The position numbers were made by a program, and so were the translations under genes. A DNA stretch of 64,000 nt, from NCBI GenBank assembly GCA_965208615.1, contig CBDBPB010000004.1, positions 192,001 through 256,000 on the forward strand, given 5' to 3'. Every line of letters starts with the position of its first letter. Position 1 is the stretch's first letter. Origin of the DNA: Spirochaetota bacterium (GTDB lineage: Bacteria > Spirochaetota > UBA6919 > CBDBPB01). The notes under the pieces were generated by a model, which was not told the origin of the DNA, did no database searches, and saw only the letters and a program-made list of their open reading frames with translations. Of the stretch, positions 51,580 to 61,589 are shown one piece after another.

Positions 51580-53535
51580 TTATTTTCTTCTTTTTCTTTT
51601 TTCTTTTACGACTTTCAGACCTGGTTCTTTAGGTTCTTGATAGGGTAAAGGTTTAACTTCCCCTCCTTCTATTATAAATGTAACATAGGTAAAGTCGTTT
51701 TTAATTTTTAATAGGGCATTTCTTATAGTAATCTCTGAACCAGGATAAACTTTATCTTTTGCAGATATCTTTCCCTGATTACTAAGAGTATTTAAATATG
51801 TTTTTAGTTCATCAATATCAAACTGAATTTCTTTTAGTTGATTTTCTAGTTCACTCCTAGCCTGGAGCATTCTTTGAAGCATAACCTCACGTTCAGGTGG
51901 CAGTGATTTTTGAGCCCTTTTCTGATTTTGTATAGTAGTTAAATTAGGGATTATTTTATTTAGATTTTCTTCTATAGCCTCTCGTTCTTTATCAAACTTA
52001 GCTAACTTTTCTTTTGCCACAGGGTCTACCCCTGTTTCAACCTTAGTTTCGGTATAACTTGCAGAACCAATTGTTTTAGCATTTACCTCTTCTACAGTTC
52101 GTATATGCCCTCCTGTGATAGTGCCTCTTTTTCCTAGACTAAAAACTTTTTTAGCATCTACCTGACTATGAAGTATTCCTTCACCAGCAACCACTTTAAG
52201 TGCGGCTATAATTTTTGAGTTTTCTATAAATTTAGCATAAACATTCCCCCCAGCTCTTACTAGTCCTTCTTCTTTACCCAATATACCTCTTTTTACTACT
52301 ACATCTCCATCAGCCTCTACTATTGCCTTACCAATGGTTCCTCCTATATGAATGTTACCAGCGGCCTTAATACTAAAACCATCTTCTACATTACCAAATA
52401 CGCTTACATCCCCCAAAAATGTAATATTACCAGTTTTAAGCCCTACATTACCTTTAACCTCATACATGGGTTCAACTTCAACAATATCTCCATCAATAAC
52501 GACTCTACCTGGATGCTGAGCAATTATTTCAAGTCCATTATCTGATAAGGCAGTATTTTTACCAGCATTAAATTCAATATCTTTACCATTTTCAACAGGA
52601 ATCTCTTTATTAGTAATAGTTTTACCAGGTGTTCCAGAAGTAAGATTAACTTTTGTTGCAAGAATCTGACCAGCAACAACATTTTGTATTAATCCAAAGT
52701 CAGAAAAGAAATCAACCTTACCAGACTCATCTTCCTCAAAGTGTATTTCATTATCTGTTTTAAAATGATATTCAATATAAGCGTCTTTTCCTCTTTGTGG
52801 AGGCAATCCTTCTGCAATTAGTATAGGAGTATTATAATGCTCTTCTTCTATGGTTTCTTTAATGCGATTATTTTTCACGTTAAATACTATATTATTACTG
52901 TCTAGTAGCATAAGAACTTCTTCTTCTTCTAAAATACGCCCTGCTAAAATTGGTTTAGTAATAGTAATGTATGCTTTCATTTCATCTTCGCTAACTTTTA
53001 GTTCTACACGACTTTCGTGATTAGGGCTTGGAATATAATCACCTATTCTAGCTGGTTTATCTGTTGCTTTTTCTACTATTCCCTTAACCTCGGTACTATT
53101 ATAATCACGATAGCTTTTAGAATTTAATATAATTAAGACATCTTCATAATTAGCAGGGTTACCGTTGTTTTTAGGAGGACTAACTTTTAAAAAAACGCCT
53201 ATTTTTCTAATTATTATTCTTACCTTTCCATCTATTGGAGTATTTTCTTCTTTATTTTCCTTATCCAGCAAAGCAAATGGAGACCCTTTACCATCATAGG
53301 AATCTTTGGATACTTTAAAACATACTTTATATAACTTCTTACCTATTCCTAATACACCCTTACCTCCTCTTTCTATTATTTCATATTCGAGGTCAGATTC
53401 TGGTACTTGAAATAGAATTTCTGCTTTTTTAATACACTCTTCAATAGTATATCCACTTATCTCTTTTGAATAAGTAGCTGCATTTTTCTTAAGATTAAGG
53501 GATAGTTTTTTTTGAAGGTCATTTAAAGATGCCAT
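51580..53535 (-). CDS. FapA/DUF342 family protein with Jag_N-like N-terminus
   Basis: GYTIEECI..LEYEIIERGGKGVLGIGKK (Jag_N-like); VKGNVGLKTGNITFLGDV beta-helix; coiled coil. Confidence 0.85.
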   Translation of the reverse strand: MASLNDLQKKLSLNLKKNAATYSKEISGYTIEECIKKAEILFQVPESDLEYEIIERGGKGVLGIGKKLYKVCFKVSKDSYDGKGSPFALLDKENKEENTPIDGKVRIIIRKIGVFLKVSPPKNNGNPANYEDVLIILNSKSYRDYNSTEVKGIVEKATDKPARIGDYIPSPNHESRVELKVSEDEMKAYITITKPILAGRILEEEEVLMLLDSNNIVFNVKNNRIKETIEEEHYNTPILIAEGLPPQRGKDAYIEYHFKTDNEIHFEEDESGKVDFFSDFGLIQNVVAGQILATKVNLTSGTPGKTITNKEIPVENGKDIEFNAGKNTALSDNGLEIIAQHPGRVVIDGDIVEVEPMYEVKGNVGLKTGNITFLGDVSVFGNVEDGFSIKAAGNIHIGGTIGKAIVEADGDVVVKRGILGKEEGLVRAGGNVYAKFIENSKIIAALKVVAGEGILHSQVDAKKVFSLGKRGTITGGHIRTVEEVNAKTIGSASYTETKVETGVDPVAKEKLAKFDKEREAIEENLNKIIPNLTTIQNQKRAQKSLPPEREVMLQRMLQARSELENQLKEIQFDIDELKTYLNTLSNQGKISAKDKVYPGSEITIRNALLKIKNDFTYVTFIIEGGEVKPLPYQEPKEPGLKVVKEKRKRRK

Positions 53536-53948
53536 ATTATTTATATCTCCGCTTCATTTTCTGCATATTATTAAAATAACAATCAAAATTAAATTACCAA
53601 ATAAAAAAAAGATCAACTGTACAAAATAAATAGCTACATTACTAATGTTAATAAACTATTTTAGTATTTTAAAGACATTATTATCTTAATACATAATTCA
53701 TAACTGTTGTCTTGAGTGTTATAAATTCTCGACACTTTTTTTTAATAATAAAGATAATTTATACATACTTAGAATAGTTAAGATAAATAGTTTTTTTAGG
53801 AAAAGTAAAAAAAATATTATAATCTTTAATTTTTTTAAGAAATTATGAGCCATTTAGATAGCTGTTTATTACCTTATATAATGATATTAGATTAATGAAT
53901 ATTTTAAGCTTATAAAATTGCTATAATAAATAAATATGGGGTAATGCA

Positions 53949-55331
53949 ATGAAACTTTTTAACTCTGCAAAACAACTTATTGATAGTTGTAATAAAGCCG
54001 TAGAAGTCAAAGAAAATAATATTAGTATAACCAATCCTAAACTACTTAGAGAAACGGTTATTGATACTATAATCTATAACGGTGTGCTAAGTAAAGATGC
54101 CGATATTAAAAATACTGCTTATTGGCTTATATGGGAAATTGCTCGCAAATTAAATATTAGAAGTGCATCAATTCAGTCTCTATATGAGGCAAGGGGTAAA
54201 AAGCACTATAATGGAAAAACAGTTCCAGCCGTAAATATTAGAGGACTAACCTATTATGTTGCCAGAGGAATATTTCGTTCTGCCATCAAAAATAATGTGG
54301 GTGCATTTATATTCGAAATTGCTAAGTCAGAAATGGCATATACCTTTCAGAGACCAAAAGAATATACCATGAATTGTATTGCTGCTGCTATTAAAGAGGG
54401 CTTTAGCGGATCAGTATTTATTCAGGGGGATCACTTTCAAGTTAATGCTAAAAAATACAAAGAAAACCCTCAAAAAGAGATTGAGGAAATTAAAAACCTA
54501 ATTAGAGAAGCCATTGAAGCTGGATTTTATAATATTGATATTGATACTTCAACTCTTGTTGACCTTAGTGAGCCAACTCTAGATAAACAACAATTCTTAA
54601 ACTATTCTATTTGTGCCTCTCTTACAAAGTATATAAGAGATTTAGAACCAGAGGGAATTACCATTTCTATTGGCGGAGAAATCGGTGAAGTAGGTGAAAA
54701 AAATAGTACTGTAGAAGAGCTTAAAGCCTTTATGAATGGCTATTTTATACACCTTAAAAAAGAAGGTAATAATATTAAGGGTATTAGTAAAATTAGTGTT
54801 CAAACTGGAACAAGCCATGGGGGTGTTCCACTGCCTGATGGCTCTGTTGCAGACGTTAAGCTCGATTTTGATACATTAAAAGACTTGTCTATAGTATCAA
54901 GGGATAGTTATGGTTTATCTGGTGCTGTTCAACATGGCGCCTCAACTCTTCCAGATGATGCTTTTCATAGATTCCCAGAAGCCGAAACTGCTGAAGTCCA
55001 TCTTGCTACTGGTTTTCAAAATATGATTTATGAAAGCTCACACTTGCCAGATAGTCTTAAAGAAAGTATATATAAGCACTTAAAAGATAACTTTATTGAT
55101 GAGAAAAAAGAACAAGACTCTCACGAACAGTTTATTTATAAAACACGAAAAAAAGGTTTTGGTCCATTTAAAAAAGAACTCTTTGACCTCTCTGACAACA
55201 TAAAAATAAATATTAGTATAGAAATAGAAAATAAGTTTGACTTTCTATTCAAAAAACTAGACGTTATTAATACTAAAAACCTGGTTGATAAACACGTTAA
55301 ACCAGTTGATATTCCTAAAACAATTAACTAG
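53949..55331 (+). CDS. class II fructose-bisphosphate aldolase family (extended N-terminus)
   Basis: VPAVNIRG, IQGDHFQ, GGEIGEVG, QTGTSHGG, AVQHGASTL. Confidence 0.88.
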   Translation: MKLFNSAKQLIDSCNKAVEVKENNISITNPKLLRETVIDTIIYNGVLSKDADIKNTAYWLIWEIARKLNIRSASIQSLYEARGKKHYNGKTVPAVNIRGLTYYVARGIFRSAIKNNVGAFIFEIAKSEMAYTFQRPKEYTMNCIAAAIKEGFSGSVFIQGDHFQVNAKKYKENPQKEIEEIKNLIREAIEAGFYNIDIDTSTLVDLSEPTLDKQQFLNYSICASLTKYIRDLEPEGITISIGGEIGEVGEKNSTVEELKAFMNGYFIHLKKEGNNIKGISKISVQTGTSHGGVPLPDGSVADVKLDFDTLKDLSIVSRDSYGLSGAVQHGASTLPDDAFHRFPEAETAEVHLATGFQNMIYESSHLPDSLKESIYKHLKDNFIDEKKEQDSHEQFIYKTRKKGFGPFKKELFDLSDNIKINISIEIENKFDFLFKKLDVINTKNLVDKHVKPVDIPKTIN

Positions 55332-55365
55332 TAATATACACCAATATATTTTAATATATTGGTGG

Positions 55366-56739
55366 TCAAACGATTTTACTTTTTGATTTTATTTCTTTTA
55401 AAAGATTTTTTCGTTGTTCCTCATAACCGGGCTTATTTATAAGTGCAAACATATTATTTTTATAAGCCTCAACACCTGGCTGATCAAAAGGGTTTACTTT
55501 AAGAAGATAACCACTTATTCCACACGCTTTTTCAAATAAGTATATAAGTTGTCCCAAATAATAAGCATTAAGTTCAGGCACTCTCAAAGTCATATTAGGA
55601 ACTCCACCTTTTAGATGTGCAATGGATGTGCCTATTGCAGCCTGTTCATTAACATAGTTCATATCTGTATTAGCCAAAAAGTTAAGCTGATCAAGGTTAT
55701 CTATATCCTTATCTATAGTTAGAGAAGCTTTATTCTTTTGAACTTGAACTATAGTCTCAAAAATAGACCGTTCTCCATCCTGTATCCATTGTCCCATAGA
55801 GTGAAGATCAGTTGTAAAGTTGCAGGTAGCGGGAAAAATAGCTTTTCCATTTTTTCCTTCACTTTCTCCATAAAGTTGTTTCCACCATTCTCCAATGTAT
55901 TGCAGTGATGGTAAATAGTTAACAAGAATCTCAATCTTTTTTCCTTTTTGATAGAGTAGATTTCTTACTACTGCATAAAAATAAGCTGGGTTATCCTTTA
56001 AACTAGGGTTATTACAAATATTCATCATATAAGAGGCACCATTAATCAGCTCTCTAATATCTATCCCCGCTGCCGAAATAGGTAATAGCCCTACAGGAGT
56101 TAAAACAGAATATCTACCTCCCACATTATCATCTATTACAAAAGTTTTATAGCCTTCTTCATCGGATAACTTTTTTAAAGCACCTTTACTTTTATCAGTG
56201 GTAGAAAAAATTAGTTCCTTAAGCTTTTCCTTTCCAACATTTCTCTCTAAGGCCTTCTTTAGGATTCTAAAAGCTAATGCAGGCTCAGTAGTAGTTCCTG
56301 ATTTAGATATTACATTAATAGCAAATCTTTTTCCATCCAAAAGCTTAATTAGATCGTTATAATAACTAGGATCAATATGATGGCCTGCAAAAATAATATG
56401 TGGAGTAGTTTTGCTCTCTCTTGGTATAAGATTATAAAAAGAGTCACTTAAGGCCTCTATAACCGCTTTAGCACCAAGATAAGAACCACCTATTCCTATT
56501 ACTACAAGAAACTCTACTTCTTCTTCTAAAAAGTGAACAACACTTTCTATATCATTTATCTCTTCATTCGATATTTTATTAGGCAGATCCATCCACCCAA
56601 GATATTCACTACCTTGTCCTGTTTTCTGGTGCAGCATTTCATGGCATACTCTTACATCATCTTCTGAGCTAAAGATTTCATTTTCTGTAAGAAGGTCTAA
56701 AATATTATTATAATCTAAGGTAATTCTTGAGTTAGTCAT
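55366..56739 (-). CDS. pgi: glucose-6-phosphate isomerase
   Basis: IGIGGSYLG, ISKSGTTTE, VGGRYSV, QLYGESEGK, NPFDQPGVEAYK. Confidence 0.97.
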   Translation of the reverse strand: MTNSRITLDYNNILDLLTENEIFSSEDDVRVCHEMLHQKTGQGSEYLGWMDLPNKISNEEINDIESVVHFLEEEVEFLVVIGIGGSYLGAKAVIEALSDSFYNLIPRESKTTPHIIFAGHHIDPSYYNDLIKLLDGKRFAINVISKSGTTTEPALAFRILKKALERNVGKEKLKELIFSTTDKSKGALKKLSDEEGYKTFVIDDNVGGRYSVLTPVGLLPISAAGIDIRELINGASYMMNICNNPSLKDNPAYFYAVVRNLLYQKGKKIEILVNYLPSLQYIGEWWKQLYGESEGKNGKAIFPATCNFTTDLHSMGQWIQDGERSIFETIVQVQKNKASLTIDKDIDNLDQLNFLANTDMNYVNEQAAIGTSIAHLKGGVPNMTLRVPELNAYYLGQLIYLFEKACGISGYLLKVNPFDQPGVEAYKNNMFALINKPGYEEQRKNLLKEIKSKSKIV

Positions 56740-56854
56740 ACTGTTCCTCGTATAATAGTTTTAGTATAAATTATAATATATAATTTATAGATAGGTATAT
56801 CAAATTCCTTTTCTTTTTCTATTATGCTAAAATTGTTCGTATTATTAAATAAAT

Positions 56855-57613
56855 CTATGGTGCAGGGATTTTCTTTCTATAAGTTATTATTGGTTTTAAT
56901 GTGTAAAAAATTGTAGTTATTAATAAAAAAAACTTAAACAATAAAACTATAACTATAATAGTTAGGATACCTAATACATTTCTCAACCTATCATTACCTT
57001 TAGCCCAGCTAGCAAGTTTTGATGGTAGTTTAGGAAACCTAAATTTTGAAACCATTAAAACAGAATAAAAAATAAATAGAATTACTATAGCCCACCACGG
57101 AAAATATATTTTAAAATTCGACAAATACGGAATTAGTGGAACAGGTAATAAGTCAAAACTTAATATAAGAGCAATACTACACCCCGCTACCGTTGATGGA
57201 ATACCAGTAAAATAATTAGACGGTTCAGCGATGTTAAACATTGCAAGCCTTAATGAGGTAAAAAGTGGAAATAAAAATGCTATAAAGGCTCCAATTATAT
57301 AATGCACTGGAGACGGATATAAAGGTTCTTTTCCGTATAACATTACAAAAAACATAAACCCAGGAGCTAAACCAAAAGTAATGAGGTCTGCAAAAGAGTC
57401 CAGCTCTTTTCCAATTGGATTAGGTCTATTAATTTTCCTAGCAATACGCCCATCTAAAACATCAAACAAACCAGCTATTAAAATAAAGATTGTAGAGTAA
57501 ATAAAATAGGAGTGATCACCAGTTGCAGAGCCTTTAGCAGATGCGATTATTGATAAAAAGCCAAGAAATAAATTTCCTAAGCTTAAGCCATTTGGTATCC
57601 AGCTTAAATTCAT
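56855..57613 (-). CDS. pssA: CDP-alcohol phosphatidyltransferase (phosphatidylserine synthase-like)
   Basis: IPNGLSLGN; FDVLDGRIAR..GKELDSFADLITFGLAP; LRLAMFN. Confidence 0.85.
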   Translation of the reverse strand: MNLSWIPNGLSLGNLFLGFLSIIASAKGSATGDHSYFIYSTIFILIAGLFDVLDGRIARKINRPNPIGKELDSFADLITFGLAPGFMFFVMLYGKEPLYPSPVHYIIGAFIAFLFPLFTSLRLAMFNIAEPSNYFTGIPSTVAGCSIALILSFDLLPVPLIPYLSNFKIYFPWWAIVILFIFYSVLMVSKFRFPKLPSKLASWAKGNDRLRNVLGILTIIVIVLLFKFFLLITTIFYTLKPIITYRKKIPAP

Positions 57614-57937
57614 ATTTTTGTCACTTAATTAATTTGTTTTTTTTAAGTTAAAAAAAAATACCGCTTAAGTCAAATCAATTTTATTTTACTTTGATTATAC
57701 ATAAAACATTATAAACAAACTTAATAAAAAGTTTTTTTTATTAAGTTTAAATAGTTAAAAAATATATTATTATTTTAATGCCTTATTAATTAACATATAA
57801 CGTCAAAATAAAGTATTTTATCATGTTTACTTACCTCCCCTAGTATATTAAAAATCGTTAACCTTTTAATATTTATTGACTATGAATATAATTGTATTAT
57901 ATTTATCCTACATTATATAAGAGTTATTGGAGGCTTT

Positions 57938-58207
57938 ATGATCGGTGGATTAGGAACTGGAGAAATAATATTAATTGGAATCGCAGTACTTGTACTCTTT
58001 GGTGCAAAGAAACTGCCTGAAATTGGTAAATCATTAGGTAAAGGCTTAAGAGAATTTAAAAAAGCAACTAATGAGATATCCGCTCCTTTAAAGGATAGCA
58101 TAGAAGATAGTAATAACATTATAGAACATCCTACTGTTCAAAGTGATAATACAGATAAGAAGGATAGCCCAGATAAAAAGTCTGACAACTCTCCTAATAA
58201 AACATAA
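57938..58207 (+). CDS. tatA: Sec-independent translocase TatA
   Basis: GTGEIILI..LFGAKKLPEIGKSLGKGLREFKKA. Confidence 0.93.
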   Translation: MIGGLGTGEIILIGIAVLVLFGAKKLPEIGKSLGKGLREFKKATNEISAPLKDSIEDSNNIIEHPTVQSDNTDKKDSPDKKSDNSPNKT

Positions 58208-58255
58208 AATAACAAATCTAATTATATATTATACAATAAAAAAAGGGTTAATATT

Positions 58256-58468
58256 ATGCCAGGATTTTGGGAAATACTAATTATAACGTTGATAATATTT
58301 GCTTTGTTTGGTGCTAAAAAACTACCTGAAATTGCAAGGTCTATCGGTAAAGGAATACACGAGTTTAAAAAAACTAAAGATGAGATAAGCGAACCTTTAA
58401 TTGATGAAGACCCTTTACAAGCCAAAGAGAAAAAAGTTGAACAAGAACATAAAAATACCAAAAAGTAA
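58256..58468 (+). CDS. second TatA/TatE/TatB-family subunit
   Basis: PGFWEILII..LFGAKKLPEIARSIGKGIHEFKK. Confidence 0.88.
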   Translation: MPGFWEILIITLIIFALFGAKKLPEIARSIGKGIHEFKKTKDEISEPLIDEDPLQAKEKKVEQEHKNTKK

Positions 58469-58482
58469 ACAAAAAAAAAACT

Positions 58483-59445
58483 ATCTCATTTTTAGATCAC
58501 CTTGAAGAATTAAGAAAAAGAATCATTATTGTTATAATCTCCCTTTTGGTATTTACTATTTTATCATATATCTTTAAAGAAAGACTATATCAATTTATTG
58601 TTTTGCCTTTACAGAACTTGGATGTTAAATTAATCCACCTAAAGGTATATGATAAGTTTATGGCTTTTTTAAAAATATCCTTATACAGCGGAATTATACT
58701 TTCTTTTCCTATTATACTTTACCAGCTTTCTCTTTTCATATTGCCTGCCTTATACCCCAGTGAACGAAAATGGTATTATACAGGTCTTTCTGGAGTAGTT
58801 GTTCTTTTTTTTATTGGTACTTTTTTTGCCTATAGAATAATGACTCCCATTAGTCTTGAATTCTTAATTAACTTCGGAAAAGAAAACCCTCCTATAAGCA
58901 TAAATAGTAAGGCTAAGAAAAAGAATAAGGATGCTCTTACTAAAGAGCTTCTTTCCATAAACAATAACCTATCATCCAGCAACAAAAACCTCCGTGAGCT
59001 TATTATAAAGGGTAATACAAACAATAACATGGTTGAAGTCAATAAAAACTTTGCCTTAATATATAAAGATTTTTTAGAACTAAATAAAAAGATTAATAAA
59101 CTTTGGACTAAATCTAATAAAAATGCAATAGAGTCAACATTAAGCATATCTGACTATATAGACTGGCTACTTTTTTTTATATTTATGGTTGGTGTAGTCT
59201 TTCAACTCCCTCTTGTTCTGACTATTCTGGCGAGAATAGGTATAGTTAATGCTAGGTCTCTTTCTAGATTTAGACCTTATGCGGTTATAATAATATTGGT
59301 TGTGGGAGCTGTTATAACTCCCCCTGATTGGATTACTCAATTAATGATTGGAGTACCTGTATATTTATTATATGAAGTTAGCATATTAATGGCTAGGTTA
59401 ATGCAAAGGTATAAAGAGAAAGCAGAAAAAGAAGAGACAGTATAA
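58483..59445 (+). CDS. tatC: Sec-independent translocase TatC (start unresolved; possibly fused to the upstream TatA-like ORF)
   Basis: Conserved SFLDHLEELRKR lies upstream of the first TTG; FILPALYPSER, FQLP, ITPPD, LYEVS. Confidence 0.9.
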   Translation: MSFLDHLEELRKRIIIVIISLLVFTILSYIFKERLYQFIVLPLQNLDVKLIHLKVYDKFMAFLKISLYSGIILSFPIILYQLSLFILPALYPSERKWYYTGLSGVVVLFFIGTFFAYRIMTPISLEFLINFGKENPPISINSKAKKKNKDALTKELLSINNNLSSSNKNLRELIIKGNTNNNMVEVNKNFALIYKDFLELNKKINKLWTKSNKNAIESTLSISDYIDWLLFFIFMVGVVFQLPLVLTILARIGIVNARSLSRFRPYAVIIILVVGAVITPPDWITQLMIGVPVYLLYEVSILMARLMQRYKEKAEKEETV

Positions 59446-59447
59446 AA

Positions 59448-59693
59448 TTATTTTCCTTTCTTTTTTTTATAGATTATTTTATTTAATGCGTTAATATTTG
59501 TTTTTTCGCTGGACTTACTTGCTTCAATATTTGCGGCTTGGATGTCGTCATATATTTCTTTTCTATGAACAGATACCTTTTTTGGAGCAGTAATACCTAT
59601 TTTTACCTGATCTCCTTTAATATCAACAATACGAATTTCTATATCATCACCTATCATAATACTTTGGTTAGGTTTTCGGGCTAAAACCAGCAT
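59448..59693 (-). CDS. csrA: carbon storage regulator
   Basis: [18 protein letters not shown]...VHRKEIY. Confidence 0.97.
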   Translation of the reverse strand: MLVLARKPNQSIMIGDDIEIRIVDIKGDQVKIGITAPKKVSVHRKEIYDDIQAANIEASKSSEKTNINALNKIIYKKKKGK

Positions 59694-59696
59694 ATT

Positions 59697-60188
59697 TTAG
59701 CGTCCTTTTTCACTAATATTATTTTGCTTAGTACTTTCTAGCTCCTTAAGTATACTATGTCTAACTGAGTATTCACTATTTAACGATAGAGCTTGTTTTC
59801 CTTGTCTGGTTTTTTTGTTTATTATAATTGGACCTAATAAATTGGCAGTCATATTGCTGGGGTCATCAGGAGGGATAGTTACAATAACAAAATGAAGTAA
59901 GTTTTCTTCAATATCTTTTTCATTAGCAAGTCCTATAGCTAAAAAGTCAGCAGGATCAAGGTCAAGCATGTAACCAGCCTTAAAATAAAGGGGATTAACA
60001 ACAACAAAAGCCACCTCTATTATATTAACCGACTGTAGCCAATAAAAAGGTCCTTCATTACGATCGAGTAAAAAATAATCTTTTAAGTTCTCAAAACCAA
60101 GTATACCTTCAGGAAAGTATATTCTTTGTTCATTTGAGACTTTAATTTTACCGTATGGCTTAGATTCAATTTCGAGTAGGTTTAGCAC
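59697..60188 (-). CDS. fliW: flagellar assembly factor FliW
   Basis: FPEGILGFE, FYWLQS, MTANLLGPIIIN; adjacent to csrA. Confidence 0.95.
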   Translation of the reverse strand: MLNLLEIESKPYGKIKVSNEQRIYFPEGILGFENLKDYFLLDRNEGPFYWLQSVNIIEVAFVVVNPLYFKAGYMLDLDPADFLAIGLANEKDIEENLLHFVIVTIPPDDPSNMTANLLGPIIINKKTRQGKQALSLNSEYSVRHSILKELESTKQNNISEKGR

Positions 60189-60286
60189 ATATCCCCCTTA
60201 GTACACTTTCTTAATTAAAATATAACATTCAATAAATATAAACAAATAAAGATAAAGATACCACAATTTTAGCAATATTATTATAA

Positions 60287-61552
60287 TTATCGTATAAAAT
60301 CTAATAAAGTTGGCAACATTATCCTTGCACCAACCTGCAGTGCCGCACGATGAGAAAGCTCAACATTCTTCAAGTCAGAAATAGCCTTAGACATATCTGT
60401 AGCCTGGATCTTTGAATAAACCTCATTTGCATAAACTACACTAGTCGAAATTCGGTTATTAGCAGTATCCAACCTACTCTGCCGAGTACCAACTAAAGCA
60501 ATATAATGCCTTAAGTTATCCATAGCCTCATCCATCTGTCCTATACCCCTGTTAATACCATTAATATCATTGCTAAATAGTGAATTCCTAAGTTCTATGA
60601 TATTATCAAACATACTATTACCCTGAACTATAGCGTTAGGAGCATAGTTATCAGGGGGGTATGATCCACCTTGAGCAATAAGGCCTAAATCTTGTAATAC
60701 TGTTCCACCTTTATCATCCTCCAACCACAGCTGATGAGGTCTTGTTGTCTGGAGTACAATAAAGTCATTACCAGTGGTATTGTCAATGGATGCCTTAACA
60801 GGTACATTAGCATTATTTATTTTATCAACAATGGTTTTTAAGTTATCCCCGTCATCTATACGTATACCCACACCGTCTATTTTAATGTTCTGATAAGGCT
60901 TAGAACTATCCTTGCTAACAGCCATATAACCAGTAGAGGCGGTTTGAGAAGTAATCCTTTGATTAGCCGCCCAAAAAGTCCTATTACCAGGTACATTTAC
61001 TGCCATATATTCACCACGATCAATTTCACGGTTCTGAGTACCAATATCGCCCTTATAAGTCACTTTAGAAAGAAGAGGTTCACCCCAATCCAAAATCTTG
61101 CCATAGGATATATTATATGCCTCTTTGTTAGTCTGGTAACCAGAAAACATAGACTCACCCTTAAACTTACTATTAGCCACCTGTACAACTTGTCTTAAAT
61201 ACTGCTCAATTTGAATGCCGATCTTTTCTCTATCTTCTTTTGTGAGTATGCCATTAGCTCCACCAACAGCCTGTTCCCTTATTAGTTGTAAATAGCTATT
61301 CACCTCTTGGAGTTTAACATCCACCAGGTTTAACCTTGATATGCTATCACCAATGTTATTTTGATAACGTTGATATTCCCCTATTTTAGCCTTATAGAAG
61401 GCAACCATAGCCGAAGATGATGGATCATTATGAGGTAGTGATATTCTATTTTGACTGGATATTTGTTTCTGTAAGGTTTCTATTTCTTTATTATGTCCTT
61501 TTAGGCTTCTCATAAGGTTATTAGTTAAATAATTATTAGTAACGCGTATCAT
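60287..61552 (-). CDS. flgL: flagellar hook-associated protein 3
   Basis: MIRVT..QISSQNRI..PHNDP flagellin-like N-terminus; C-terminal PTLLDFIR. Confidence 0.92.
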   Translation of the reverse strand: MIRVTNNYLTNNLMRSLKGHNKEIETLQKQISSQNRISLPHNDPSSSAMVAFYKAKIGEYQRYQNNIGDSISRLNLVDVKLQEVNSYLQLIREQAVGGANGILTKEDREKIGIQIEQYLRQVVQVANSKFKGESMFSGYQTNKEAYNISYGKILDWGEPLLSKVTYKGDIGTQNREIDRGEYMAVNVPGNRTFWAANQRITSQTASTGYMAVSKDSSKPYQNIKIDGVGIRIDDGDNLKTIVDKINNANVPVKASIDNTTGNDFIVLQTTRPHQLWLEDDKGGTVLQDLGLIAQGGSYPPDNYAPNAIVQGNSMFDNIIELRNSLFSNDINGINRGIGQMDEAMDNLRHYIALVGTRQSRLDTANNRISTSVVYANEVYSKIQATDMSKAISDLKNVELSHRAALQVGARIMLPTLLDFIR

Positions 61553-61589
61553 AATATTCTCCTATAGCAACATTAATATAGTTTAAAAG

